Counted from the first letter of the stretch, positions 14,738 through 26,924 are shown. The stretch is 38,920 nucleotides of DNA from Eledone cirrhosa (GCA_964016885.1 CAXHJY010000549.1:1-38920), one strand, 5' to 3'. Translations and numbers: made by a program. The notes: a model not told the origin generated them from the sequence alone.

Positions 14738-15130
14738 AGTATATATATATACATAAGTATATATATATATACATAAGTATATATATATATATACATAAGT
14801 ATATATATATATATACGTAAGTATATATATATACATAAGTATATATATATACATAAGTATATATATACATAAGTATACATATATACATAAGTATATATAT
14901 ATACATAAGTATATATATATATATATACATAAGTATATATATATATGTAAGTATATATATATACATAAGTATATATATATACATAAGTATATATATACAT
15001 AAGTATATATATATATACATAAGTATATATATACATAAGTATATATATATATACATAAGTATATATACATAAGTATATATATATATACATAAGTATATAT
15101 ATATATACATAAGTATATATATATATACAT

Positions 15131-15723
15131 TAAAAACAAATAACGAAACGAAATTAAATTTCGTTTCGTTTGTAACTCACTTTTGTATGACTGACGCTTA
15201 AACACTAGTATTTCAGTATGCATATGTAGATGTACATTTTTAACTTAATTGTTTAAGCGTCAGTCATACAAAAGTGAGTTACAAACGAAACGAAATTTAA
15301 TTTCGTTTCGTTATTTGTTTTTATCGTCTCCGCTGAACCGGTGCGTACTCACACTCTATGCAAATTAGTCTGCCCACTACTAATTTTCATAGAAAAAGCA
15401 TATAACGATATGTGCTTTTACAATTCTCCAGAAAGGCCGGTAGATAGGTAAATATTGCTGATGAGTTGTAACAACAACGAAACTAGTTCAATATTCCTTG
15501 TCTGGCTTTCTGGAGAATAGGGGGAAGGTGTTCCCCCGAAAAACCAGTATGACTCTAAAAACCGGTTTGTCTGTGTGTTTACATACAGAATAGCTGGGCC
15601 GCTCACTGTAAAGCGACCAGTGAAAGACTTGGTACACCTACATATGTATACGTGTGTGTATTCATATACACACTAGTATTTCAGTATGCATATGTAGATG
15701 TACATTTTTAACTTAATTGTTTA
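15131..15723 (+). mobile_element. Hammerhead-containing non-coding retroelement (retrozyme or Penelope pLTR-like): 468-bp unit, 54-bp terminal direct repeat, 74-bp inverted 5' piece
   Basis: 15202-15255 equals 15670-15723; 15131-15204 is the reverse complement of 15250-15323; central hammerhead; many internal hairpins; TA-rich flanks. Confidence 0.75.
15451..15495 (+). ncRNA. Type I hammerhead ribozyme
   Basis: aatattg CTGATGA gttg-taacaa-caac GAAAC TA GTT caatatt. Stem I is extended by attctccagaaag(15423-15435)/ctttctggagaat(15506-15518). Confidence 0.85.
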
Positions 15724-15800
15724 TATATACATTATATTATATGTATATATAAGTATATATACTTACATTATATCATATATATATATAAGTATATATATAT

Positions 15801-15993
15801 AACAAAGGAATTGTGGTAAGGAACCAGATGGAACATAACGCACCAGAATACTCAATACTGGGTAGTAGAGTGAAAAATAAGAAAAAGTATGACCCCGAAG
15901 GCAGAGCTCAAGCCATTTCGACGGCTATTTCTGGACTAAATTAGAATTTTTAGCCTGGTGAATAAATAACCGAACTTGTCAAAGGGGTACTTC

Positions 15994-15996
<3 letters not shown>
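15801..15996 (-). mobile_element. Penelope-like 3' remnant; same family as 20359-20520
   Basis: Clear homology to 20359-20490 (gtggtaaggaaccag..gtagtagagtg..gaccccga..gagctcaagcc.tttcgacggcta); flanked by TA. Confidence 0.55.
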
Positions 15997-16054
<58 letters not shown>

Positions 16055-16454
16055 ATTAAGTGTTTATGTGTGTCTATTTGTATGAAATGTAGGCTTAATG
16101 GTTTGAATGTGTGTGTGCCTTCTTTGTCTTTGTGTATGTGATACTGTTCTGAAATTATAAGTTAACCTAATCATGAACAATATAGCAAACTTGAAGAGAT
16201 TTTCAGATAAATCAAAATAAACATATAACATACAATATTTAAATGACAATAAATATTCTGTTTATATAAATATATAAATATTGCAGTATGTAGTGTTTAT
16301 ATGAATATAAAAATATATTGTAAAATATAGTGTTGGGTATGTTAATATAGTATAAATAAATTATTTTGAAGTAAAACTTCAAATTATACTAGAAATGTCT
16401 ATCTCTGCCCATGTTTATGTGTGTGTGTGTGCATTAATAATTAAGAGCTAAAAT

Positions 16455-16729
16455 CTGTTCTAAGCCAAAGGGTCATCAGGCCAGTGCTCATCCCTGATTT
16501 CCTTGGTATTAAGTGACTAAGAGTACAAGAATCTCCCTGGACTGTACGCCTGTCTATTGCAGGATTAATTCCCCAGTTCCTGCTGGTACTGACTCTCAGT
16601 TGAGTGTAGTGGAACAATTGAAATGTACTGTTTTGCTCAAGAACACAACACAGCACCTTGTCCAGGAGTTGAACCTGTGACAATATGATCGTAAATTTAA
16701 CATCCTAACCATTAGGCCATGTAGCTTCA
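16455..16729 (-). mobile_element. Older tRNA-derived SINE
   Basis: Minus strand: tggcctaatggttagg (A box), ggttcaactcc (B box), and a tgtgttgtgttcttgagcaa central domain like the 12974 SINE, but with a different 3' part. Confidence 0.75.
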
Positions 16730-16879
16730 TAGTACATCAATAATGGTAATGGATAAAAGAAGCAGTACTCAATGCCACAATGTAGTTGACTGACAGTAAC
16801 CTTGATGTGAAGAACCAAGTAGTTCATCAGGCTACCATGCAGGAATCAATATATATAAATATATAACAAAAAGTGCAAG

Positions 16880-17323
16880 GAGGTTGCACTTTTGACACAA
16901 CTAAAAGCACACCAAGTCCACACTGCAAGGTGGGTGCTCTTTTGACACATCTAAAAGCACACAGTCCACACTGTAAGGTGGTTGTGTTGGTGATATGACA
17001 AAAAACAACCAGTCCACACTGCAAGGGGCTTGTGCTGGTGACATGATAAAAATCACCCATTTTACACTTTAAAGTGGTTGCACTGGTAACACGACAAAAA
17101 GCACCCATAATAACATGTTACAGACAGTGATATATATATATGAATATATATATAAAGTACTCAGTACACACTGTAAACATGGTTGATATTATGAAGGGCA
17201 GCCAGCTGTAGAAACCAAGCCCAAATCACTTCTGTGTGCATAAGACACAGTCATCCAACCAGGCTTGTCTCACATCTAATGTAGTCTAGCGTGGAAAGTA
17301 GACTTTAAACGATGATGATGATG
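16880..17323 (+). mobile_element. Degenerate RTE-type 3' UTR with tandem units of about 55 bp
   Basis: Repeated ccacactgyaaggtggttg..aaaa units, then atgaagggcagccagctgtagaaaccaagcc..gcgtggaaagtagactttaaacgatgatgatg, homologous to the A/B tails. Confidence 0.65.
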
Positions 17324-17347
17324 AAATATACAACCACAAGTGGTTCA

Positions 17348-17620
17348 TTCTTCTTCTACTTCACCCACTTATTCCTGAGAGGGTTGTGGGGCAGAATCCT
17401 CAAACACGTCCTGTCAGAAGCAACTGTTTCCAACTGATCTGGCTGGAACCCCAAGTAAGAACAGCTAAGCTCATGGATGTTATCCAACCATTCTTTCTCG
17501 GGGTCTACCCCTGGTCTCTTGCTAATTGGTTTTGCCAGTAAAATCTATCCAGTGATTCTTGCCTGAGACATTCTAACCACATGCCCATAATATCGGAGCT
17601 GTGATCTCTCAATTCGGAAA
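17348..17620 (-). pseudogene. Old RTE-type LINE 3' fragment from a different family
   Basis: Minus-strand translation FRIERSQLRYYGHVVRMSQARI..KRP..WLDNI with a stop; resembles the [16 protein letters not shown]-terminal motif. Confidence 0.7.
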
Positions 17621-18159
17621 GTTCTGCAGGAGTATGGGATTAATGGTCAGATTCTTGCTGCCCTGATGTCTCTATATGAATGCCCAAGTATTTGTGTTCA
17701 GATAGATGATGCTAAATCGAAAGTGGTTCATTATTATGTTTAATTTCAGAGATAGCCTGTGTAATCTCGGTAATTCTTAACATGAAATCTCATGTCTAAC
17801 AAACTACAAACTTACTCTCTTAATAATTATATCAGCTGATTTACAACTGTTGAGATATGTCAAATGTTAGTGGTTGCTTGATTAATACTCATTGGATGTG
17901 TGGTCTGACCACTGATAATGATGTCAGCCCCTGAAATGACTGCTGATTGACAACCTCAAGGATGTGCTTCACACAAGGCGCATGCGCTCATGCAAATTTT
18001 GACTCAAAGATACAGTTATATAGATAACATATGTATCACCAAGCAAACAGACTCCAGTTGCTGACTAGCAAATATATTACATAATGAAACTCCAAAGCAT
18101 ATACACTTGCACACATATATACAGACACACATACACATATGTTAGTCCTGGGTTCAATC

Positions 18160-18301
18160 AGGTCTAACCACAGTAAGTAAAGTATTCAAAATATTAGTAG
18201 AATGTAAACATGTTTAATATAAAAATGGCTTCTACAGGACTAGAACTGTTTCATTCAAAAGAAATCATCAGGCAAGTGTGTTTTCTAGTCTTGTAGAAAC
18301 C

Positions 18302-18305
<4 letters not shown>
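18160..18305 (-). mobile_element. Penelope-like remnant with a partial hammerhead core
   Basis: Minus strand CTGATGA tttc-ttttgaat GAAAC agttcta GTC ctgtag (about 18271-18232); stem I partner not intact; short inverted copy of the 3' part at 18283-18305. Confidence 0.45.
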
Positions 18306-18326
<21 letters not shown>

Positions 18327-18332
<6 letters not shown>

Positions 18333-18717
18333 AATAAGAGGAATTCCAACTTTGTCTGATTTACTCGTTTTATTTACAATCCTTTAAAATTTATAATGGT
18401 ATTATAATGAAATAGTATGATAGAATATTAAATTCTAAGTGTTAATTGAACAAGTACTTTCATGCTTTCGCAATCTTCAGGTTCATAATATGTGGTGACA
18501 GTCAAGTTTGCAATTTTCCACAGTTGAAAATTGCAAACTTGACTGTCACCACACATTATGAACCTGAAGATTGCGAAAGCATGAAAGTACTTGTTCAATT
18601 AACACTTAGAATTTAATATTCTACCATACTATTTCATTATAATACCATTATAAATTTTAAAGGATTGTAAATAAAACGAGTAAATCAGACAAAGTTGGAA
18701 TTCGTCTTATTAATATA
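18327..18717. repeat. Near-perfect inverted repeat of about 190 bp with a 7-bp spacer; fold-back Penelope-like insertion
   Basis: 18327-18518 is the reverse complement of 18526-18717 with about 3 mismatches; each arm carries the hammerhead motif. Confidence 0.92.
18559..18597 (+). ncRNA. Minimal type I hammerhead ribozyme (mirror copy on the minus strand at 18447-18485)
   Basis: tgaac CTGAAGA ttgc-GAAA-gcat GAAAG TA CTT gttca; GNRA-capped stem II; palindromic aagtactt stem III. Confidence 0.78.
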
Positions 18718-19027
18718 ATCTTCTATACACAATCATACACATCCGTGTATATTTGTCTATCTATATATATATATATACATATATACATACACACACAGTG
18801 TATTCTAGTTTTAGGGCAAGTACACTGGAAACTTTAAGTGTTGCTGATAGGATTGGTATCGATCCATAAACAATGCCTCAAAATGGCCCATCAAACCCAT
18901 GCTAGCACAGAAACGTCTCTGTAAGACAATGGTGATAAGATATATCTATATATCTATATAAACACACACACATATATATATATATATATACTAAGGCCAA
19001 AATCCTGAGAGGACTCAATAAGAATTG

Positions 19028-19092
<65 letters not shown>

Positions 19093-19424
19093 CAGAGTAA
19101 CAGAGAGACAGACATAGATAAATTCAAAACCATCAATTTTTACATAGAGATTTCCTTTCTGACATTAATTAGGTATGACATTTTGAGTGTGTGTTTTGGG
19201 TGGGATGGACACCCTTCCTATCAGCAATCCTTTTAGTTTTTATACATATGATTGGCTTCCATTCAGTTAAAGGTCAATGACCCCATCAGTAGAAGATATT
19301 TGTAAAAGTTGCCATGTTGAGAGGTCAAACATATAAAAACATATATATAAAATAATGATCTATCTTATTTTGAATTAGTTGAGTTTCCAATGTAATTTTC
19401 CTGTAAAATGAAAACATATTTGGC

Positions 19425-19449
19425 TATGTTATATGTATATCAACATTTT

Positions 19450-19497
<48 letters not shown>

Positions 19498-19522
19498 AAA
19501 ATGCTGATATACATATAACATA
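19425..19522. repeat. 30-bp inverted repeat centred on a (TA)n tract
   Basis: tatgttatatgtatatcaacattttcatca (TA)n tgatgaaaatgctgatatacatataacata, one mismatch. Confidence 0.85.
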
Positions 19523-20313
19523 CATATGCTGATATGCACATATAGATACATACATATATATATATATATGTATGTATCCAATTGTTTGGAAAGAGAGATA
19601 TATTTTAATTTTAATTATATCTCATATAAAATAATACAACTGGCTTTCCACAAAATACATATAGTTAGCACCTCAAACACAAAATTGGGATTATACTAAA
19701 GTATATCCTAATGTTTGTTGAGTGAGATGGTAGCCAGTCAGAGTTTAGCTTAAAGCTATCTCTGTTATTGTATTAAATAAATATATATATATATATATAT
19801 ATATACATAGAGACTCACACATACTTATATACATTATACAGTATAATTGCAGATAAAAATATCGAAAACCATATTTTCCAGCATTCTTTCAATACATTTC
19901 TATTTCCACCCCAATTCACCAATCAATGTGACGTAAAGTTGACCTTTTCTTTTTTTCACATGAAAAGTATTTTAATTAAATTCCAATAATCTGCATTGCT
20001 AAATAAAATGAATAACATCTTTGCTGGCTCAATACTTATGTAGAAGTATGTATGAATATATGTATATATACACATATATGTGTTGATTTCATTCATCTTT
20101 CGCTTTTACCCACAGATTTCTCTCGCTTTCGTTCTTGATATGTATATATATATATATATATATGTATATGTATGTATAAATATATGTATACCATATATAT
20201 ATATATATACATGTATGTATATATATATGTATACCATATATATATATGTATATATATATATATACCATATATATATATATATGTATGTATATATATATAT
20301 ACATGTATGTATG

Positions 20314-20347
<34 letters not shown>

Positions 20348-20358
20348 TATATGTATAT

Positions 20359-20520
20359 AACGAAGGAAATGTGGTAAGGAACCAGGTGGACCATGACGCA
20401 CCAAAGTACTCCATACTGAGGGTAGTAGAGTGGGTAATAGGAACAAGTAAGACCCCGACGGCTGAGCTCAAGCCGTTTCGACGGCTAATTCATTAGCAGT
20501 CGGGGTCTTACTTGTTCCTA
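20359..20520 (-). mobile_element. Penelope-like 3' remnant with the 3' half of a hammerhead and a fold-back end
   Basis: Minus strand ..attagccgtc GAAAC ggct-tgagctc-agcc GTC ggggtc; 20495-20520 is an inverted copy of 20438-20463; CTGATGA is absent. Confidence 0.55.
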
Positions 20521-20582
20521 TATATGTATATATATATATATACATGTATGTATATATATATATATACATGTATGTATGTATG

Positions 20583-20639
<57 letters not shown>

Positions 20640-20715
20640 ATATATATATATATATTATATATATATATATACATGTATGTATGTATGTATATATATATAT
20701 ATACATGTATGTATG

Positions 20716-20748
<33 letters not shown>

Positions 20749-20779
20749 ATATATATCTATATATATATCTATATATATA

Positions 20780-20852
<73 letters not shown>

Positions 20853-20889
20853 GTATACACACATATATATTTATATATATATATATATA

Positions 20890-22055
20890 TACTAGCTCTT
20901 TCAATTGCGCAGAGGGTTCTATAGAAATAGTGGACAGCTTCCGTTACCTGGGTGACAAAATCAGCAGTGGGGGAGGGCGCTCTGAAGGTACAGTAGCTAG
21001 AGTCAGAACTGGATGGAAAAAGTTCAGAGAGCTTACACCACTATTAGCCGCTAGAGGGTTCTCCCTAAAAATGAAAGGCAGGTTGTATGATGCCTGCATA
21101 CGAACAGCAATGTTGCATGGCAGTGAGACCTGGGCATTGTGTGCAGAGGATATACGCAGACTAGAGAGGAACGAAGCTTGCACGCTCCGCTGGATGTGTA
21201 ATAGTAACATACGTGAACGGCAAAGCATAAGCGAACTAAGGAAAAAATTAGAAATAAGAGGGATCAGATGTTGTTTACTCGAGAGAAGGTTACGTTGGTA
21301 TGGTCACGTGATGCGCATGAAAGACGACAGCTGTATAACAAAGTGCAGGGCAATAAAGATAGACGGTTGCTACGGAGTAGGCAAACCCAGAAAAACCTGG
21401 GACGAGCTGATAAATTCCGACCTCACACACTTACACCTCTCCAAGACAATGTCACTGGACCGAGACCTTTGGCGGTACTCAGTAATAGAGTAAAATACAA
21501 ATACAAATATAAATACAAATAGAGTAAAATACAAATACAAATACAAATATAAATACAAAGTAAAACCTACTACAGTCAGTAGGCATCTCTAACAAAATAC
21601 ACCCCCGTCCCACCACCCCCACCCCATCCACACCGCCCCTTTCAATGTAAAGTTATGTTGGTGCCACAACATCCAGGCCGAAACAAATGAAATTGTGTAG
21701 GTGTCACGACAAAAAAACACACAGTCCACGCTGTAATGTGGCCGTGTAGGCAACACGGTAAAAATCTCCCAGTCCCACACTGTAAATGTGGTTGGTGTTA
21801 GGAAGGGCATCCAGCTGTAGAAAACCCGCCAGACAGTCCACGCTGTAATGTGGCCGTGTAGGCAACACGGTAAAAACCTCCCAGCCCCACACTGTAAATG
21901 TGGTTGGTGTTAGGAAGGGCATCCAGCTGTAGAAAACCCGCCAGACAGTCCTATGCGAGCAAGACAATCACTCTTGCCTCAAGTGGGAAAACCCCCGTCC
22001 AAACCCATGCAAGCGTGGAACACGGACGTTAAACGATGATGATGATGATGATGAT
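20890..22055 (+). mobile_element. RTE LINE family A copy A3, 5'-truncated, with rearranged 3' UTR
   Basis: Coding sequence from TSSFNCAEG to YSVIE*; aaatac expansion at 21488-21560; 112-bp tandem duplication at 21721-21944; (GAT)n tail. Confidence 0.94.
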
Positions 22056-22056
22056 A

Positions 22057-22093
<37 letters not shown>

Positions 22094-23289
22094 ATATATA
22101 TGTATAAATAAATATATATTCTGAATGTGCACTCAGTACACTAGGATAAAAATATTTTTTTGTTTCACAGGCAACTGTGACTTTGAAGTTTCAGCGATGG
22201 TGTCTCTCCATATGGTGTGTTATATAGGGCTATAATCCAAAACAAGTGCATAACCAACGACTAGAAAGTAATATATAAAGAGACCTAAGAAAGGTTCTAA
22301 CTCACAATCAAAAGATGTCCTATTACTGATATAAAAAATGCACCACCCAGAAAAATTACACTAACCTTACATTTTGTATACTACAAAAACGATACCTTTG
22401 GCACAGAATTGATAGATATGTCAAGAAACTTTTTGATACGAGCCTGTATGAAATCACCCTGGTTTTATGATACAAAACTCCCCATTTTAAAATATTCATA
22501 CTGATATAAAATCCATCCACCGTAACGTTCTTTAAAACTTTTCACTGAGTAATGTTTCAAACATCAGTTTTTTTTTTTTTTATTATCGTCAAAATTAATT
22601 GAAACACAGAGGCAGAGTATTTCATTAAAAATATTGCAACAAAAGGTTTAAAAAGCTCATAAAATAAAATACATATATCACTCCTATGAATAAACTAACT
22701 CATTGTTAGAATATACTACAAAACAACAGATGAACATGTTTATCAACAGAAAATGACAAACTAGCAAATGACAGAACATACATCGGTAGCCAATAACATA
22801 TATAAATTCCAATGTAAACATGAAAGTTTTAAATTTCATGACAGACTGTTACATTGGACACACAAGTACAACTCATCGACTGACCATGCACTTACAACAA
22901 GGAACTGTCAAAATACATTACTGTACAATACATGCAACAAAATTATATAGAAAAATATCAATTGAAAATACTAAAATTCAATGTAGTATGCCACATAAAA
23001 TATGAATATTACCTATGGAGCTTTTACAAATATCAAACTTTAAACCAAAATATTATCACTCAAATACAGCTTGCAAGAAATTAATCATAAAACCTGCATT
23101 CAAAGTTTACATAGTTGACTGGGCATATTTTGTGGCATCGTACTAGAGGTGTTTTCATACGATTATACGTTCTAAAGTGTCCTCTCAAACACTACATTGT
23201 TTCTATTCAATTGGCAGATACTGAAATCTCTGGTCATGACCATATTTTCGTTTAGTGTCATAGTGCGTGTACAAGTATGATATGTTTTG

Positions 23290-23500
23290 CTTTAGTATGG
23301 CATATTGCCAGTCAGCTCAGTTCAGTATTATCATTTTCATAAGGTTCAGATATTATTTTTTAGGGTCTTTATCAAAACTTCATCTCTAGTCTTCTTTGGG
23401 TCCCCTCATCCAAGGATCCATTTATCATTTTTTTTATCATCTTGCACTTAATTTCAAAATGTTCTATGTGTCATGAACATAACATAATGCATCAACATGT
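23290..23500 (-). pseudogene. Very decayed RTE C-terminal relic
   Basis: Minus-strand frame G*GDPKKTRDEVLIKTLK resembles GRGRPKKTWDEVIKADL. Confidence 0.3.
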
Positions 23501-24227
23501 TGGAGACTTGTAGCAAAAATTTTACTTCAAATTTTGATAAAATTTTCGTCAACTATTTATCATTTACATTTAATTTAGAATATCGAAGCGGTAACAAAAT
23601 AAATCCATATAATAAATAATCTGCCATGATTCCCAAAATTTTGAAATCAATTTAGTGCAGAGATAACACACATTCAGGGGAAAAAATATATAGAATGATA
23701 CATGTTTATCGCCCTCTTTAGCTCACTCTTTTGCAGATGCTAACATATAAAGTATGCATGCAGACATCTCTCAATGCAGCGATAACAACAAACGCTTCCA
23801 TTACTCAAAGAATTTTGCTCCATTTCTATTTTATTTTATTAACATTTTTTTTTAAATTATATTTTTTCTTCACATATCCTTATTATTATTATCATTATTA
23901 TTATTTCTATTATTATTATTACAATAATTATAAATGTTACTATTATTAGTAGTATTACCATCATTATTATTAACATTATTGTTAATAAAGAAATCATTAT
24001 TATAATATTTATTATTATTATTATTATTATTGACTCTGACTTTTCTGATATCTTTTTTTCCTTTTCTTTGCATTTGTTAGAAAACAAAATTCTTCTTTTA
24101 TAACTTCTTTCAAAAGCAGAGAAAAAGCAGAACAGCTGCATATGAAATGCTACATTTGCAAAAGCTAACATTCTAGTATATGGATATATATATAAATATA
24201 TGGATATATATATATAAATATATATAA

Positions 24228-24355
<128 letters not shown>

Positions 24356-24495
24356 TTATAAATATATATACATATATATATATATTTATATATATATATC
24401 CATATATATATATAAATATATACATATCCATTTATATATATGTACAAATATATACATATCCATTTATATATATATATATAAATATATACATATCC

Positions 24496-24544
<49 letters not shown>

Positions 24545-24619
24545 TATACATATCCATTTATATATATATATATAAATATATACATATTCATTTATATATA
24601 TATATATAAATATATACAT

Positions 24620-24871
24620 AATGTTTCGTCCTATTAAGGACTCATCAGGGCAAGTAAAGCTACAAGAAGCACTATCGGCCAATACAAGCCAGTCCTTAAT
24701 AGGACGAAACATTGTTGGCTAATAAAGACTTTTGATGTATTGAAGGCTTCTTTGGTTTATTTTTTATAATTCTTCGGCTCTGTTTAATTACATTGAGCTA
24801 TACCTTTTACTGTCATTTCTATAATACGAAGAGGGTGTTTAACTCCAACACACTCTAGTATTTTAATTCTT
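24620..24871 (+). mobile_element. Penelope-like 3' end with a hammerhead split by a 5' inversion
   Basis: Minus strand 24653-24620: ttgcc CTGATGA gtcc-ttaata-ggac GAAAC att. Plus strand 24691-24720: agtcc-ttaata-ggac GAAAC att GTT ggct, followed by AATAAA. Confidence 0.7.
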
Positions 24872-24960
24872 AAATATATACATATCCATTTATATATATA
24901 TATATATAAATGGATATGTATATATTTATATATATATATATATATAAATGGATATGTATA

Positions 24961-25049
<89 letters not shown>

Positions 25050-25079
25050 CCATTTATATATATATATATATACATATCC

Positions 25080-25118
<39 letters not shown>

Positions 25119-25135
25119 TATACATATCCATTTAT

Positions 25136-26326
25136 ATCATCATCATCATCATCATCATCAACGTTTAACGTCCGTATTCCATGCTTGCATGGGTTTGGAC
25201 GGGGGTTTTCCCACTTGAGGCAAGAGTGATTCTCTTGCTCGCATAGGACTGTCTGGCAGGTTTTCTACAGTTGGATGCCCTTCCTAACACCAACCACATT
25301 TACAGTGTGGGTCTGGGATGTTTTTACCGTGTTGCCTACATGGCCACATTACAGCGTGACACCTACACGATCTCATTTGTTTCGGCCTGGATGGTGTGGC
25401 ATCAACATAACTTTACATAGAAAAGGGCGGTGAGGATGGGGTGGGGGTGGTGGGATGGGGGTGTATTTTGTTAGAGATGCCTACTGACTGTAGTAGGTTT
25501 TACTATGTATTTAGGTAAGGCGGGTCTTCTCTATTACAGAGTACCGCCAAAGGTCTCAGTCCAGTGACATTGTCTTGGAGAGGTATAAGTGTGTGAGGTC
25601 GGAGTTTATCAGCTCGTCCCAGGTTTTTCTAGGTCTGCCTATTCCGTGGCTACCGTCTATCTTTATTGCCCTGCACTTTGTTATACAGCTATCGACTGTC
25701 ATGCGCATCACGTGTCCATACCAACGTAGCCTTCTCTCGAGTAAACAACATCTGATCCCTCTTATTTCTAATTTTTTCCTTAGTTCGTTTATGCTTTGCC
25801 GTTCACGTATATTACTATTACACATCCAGCGGAGCATGCAAGCTTCGTTCCTCTCTAGTCTGTGTATATCCTCTGCACACAATGCCCAGGTCTCACTGCC
25901 ATGCAACATTGCTGTTCGTATGCAGGCATCATACAACCTGCCTTTCGTTTTTAGGGAGAACCCTTTAGCGGCTAATAGTGGTATAAGCTCTCTGAACTTA
26001 TTCCGTCCAGTTCTGACTCTAGCTACTGTACTTTCAGAGCACCCTCCCCCACTGCTGATTTTGTCACCCAGGTAACGGAAGCTGTCCACTATTTCTATAG
26101 TGCCCTCTGCGCAGTTGAAAGAGCTAGTATTTTTTGGGCACTTGCTGCTACTTATTGCCCCAGAACACCGGCCACATGTGAAATCTATGTTCTTAGTTAG
26201 CTTACCTGTGATCCCACTACATCTTTTATGCACCCATACTTTGCATTTCTGACACAAAATGGAGTTTCTACCTACGCCTTTCCTACACACTGAGCATGGC
26301 CACTTCCCGGAACGGACCGCCGCCTT
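25136..26326 (-). mobile_element. RTE LINE family A copy A4, 5'-truncated, premature stop
   Basis: ORF 25556-26389 (genuine from KAAVRSGKW) ends TMSLD* because CGA became TGA; small 3' UTR deletion; (ATC)n tail. Confidence 0.94.
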
Positions 26327-26924
26327 TTTATAAATATATACATATCCATTTATATATATATATATATGAATAAATATAAACATATCCATTTATATATATA
26401 TATATATATATATAAATATATACATATCCATTTATATATATATATATATATATGTATAAATATATACATATCCATTTATATATATATATATATATATGTA
26501 TAAATATATACATATCCATTTATCATCATCATCATCATCATCATCAACGTTTAACGTCCGTGTTCCACGCTTGCATGGGTTTGGACGGGGGTAGTCCCAC
26601 TTGAGGCAAGAGTGATTGTCTTGCTCGCATAGGACTGTCTGGCAGGTTTTCTACAGTTGGATGCCCTTCCTAACACCAACCACATTTACAGTGTGGGTCT
26701 GGGAGGTTTTTACCGTGTTGCCTACACGGCCACATTACAGCGTGGACTGTGTGTTTTTTTTGTCGTGACACCTACACGATCTCATTTGTTTCGGCCTCGA
26801 TGGCGCGGCACCAACATAACTTTACCTAGAACGGGGTGGTGTGGATCGGGTGGGGGTGGGGGTGGTGGGACGGGGTGTATTTTGTTAGAGATGCCTACTG
26901 GCTGGAGTAGGTTTTACTATATAT

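Noticed and set aside
14685-15125. Regularly spaced cataag motifs resembling a CRISPR array
   Set aside because: The spacers are only variable-length TA; eukaryotic minisatellite with no cas genes.
22155-22275. Possible host exon after the strong acceptor tttttgtttcacag (22170)
   Set aside because: All three frames stop within about 65 nt and no partner exon was recognised. A terminal or non-coding exon cannot be excluded without RNA-seq.
25110-26352. Apparent target-site duplication of about 23 bp around A4
   Set aside because: The sequence is the local minisatellite unit present many times, so a TSD cannot be distinguished; the same holds for all copies in TA tracts.
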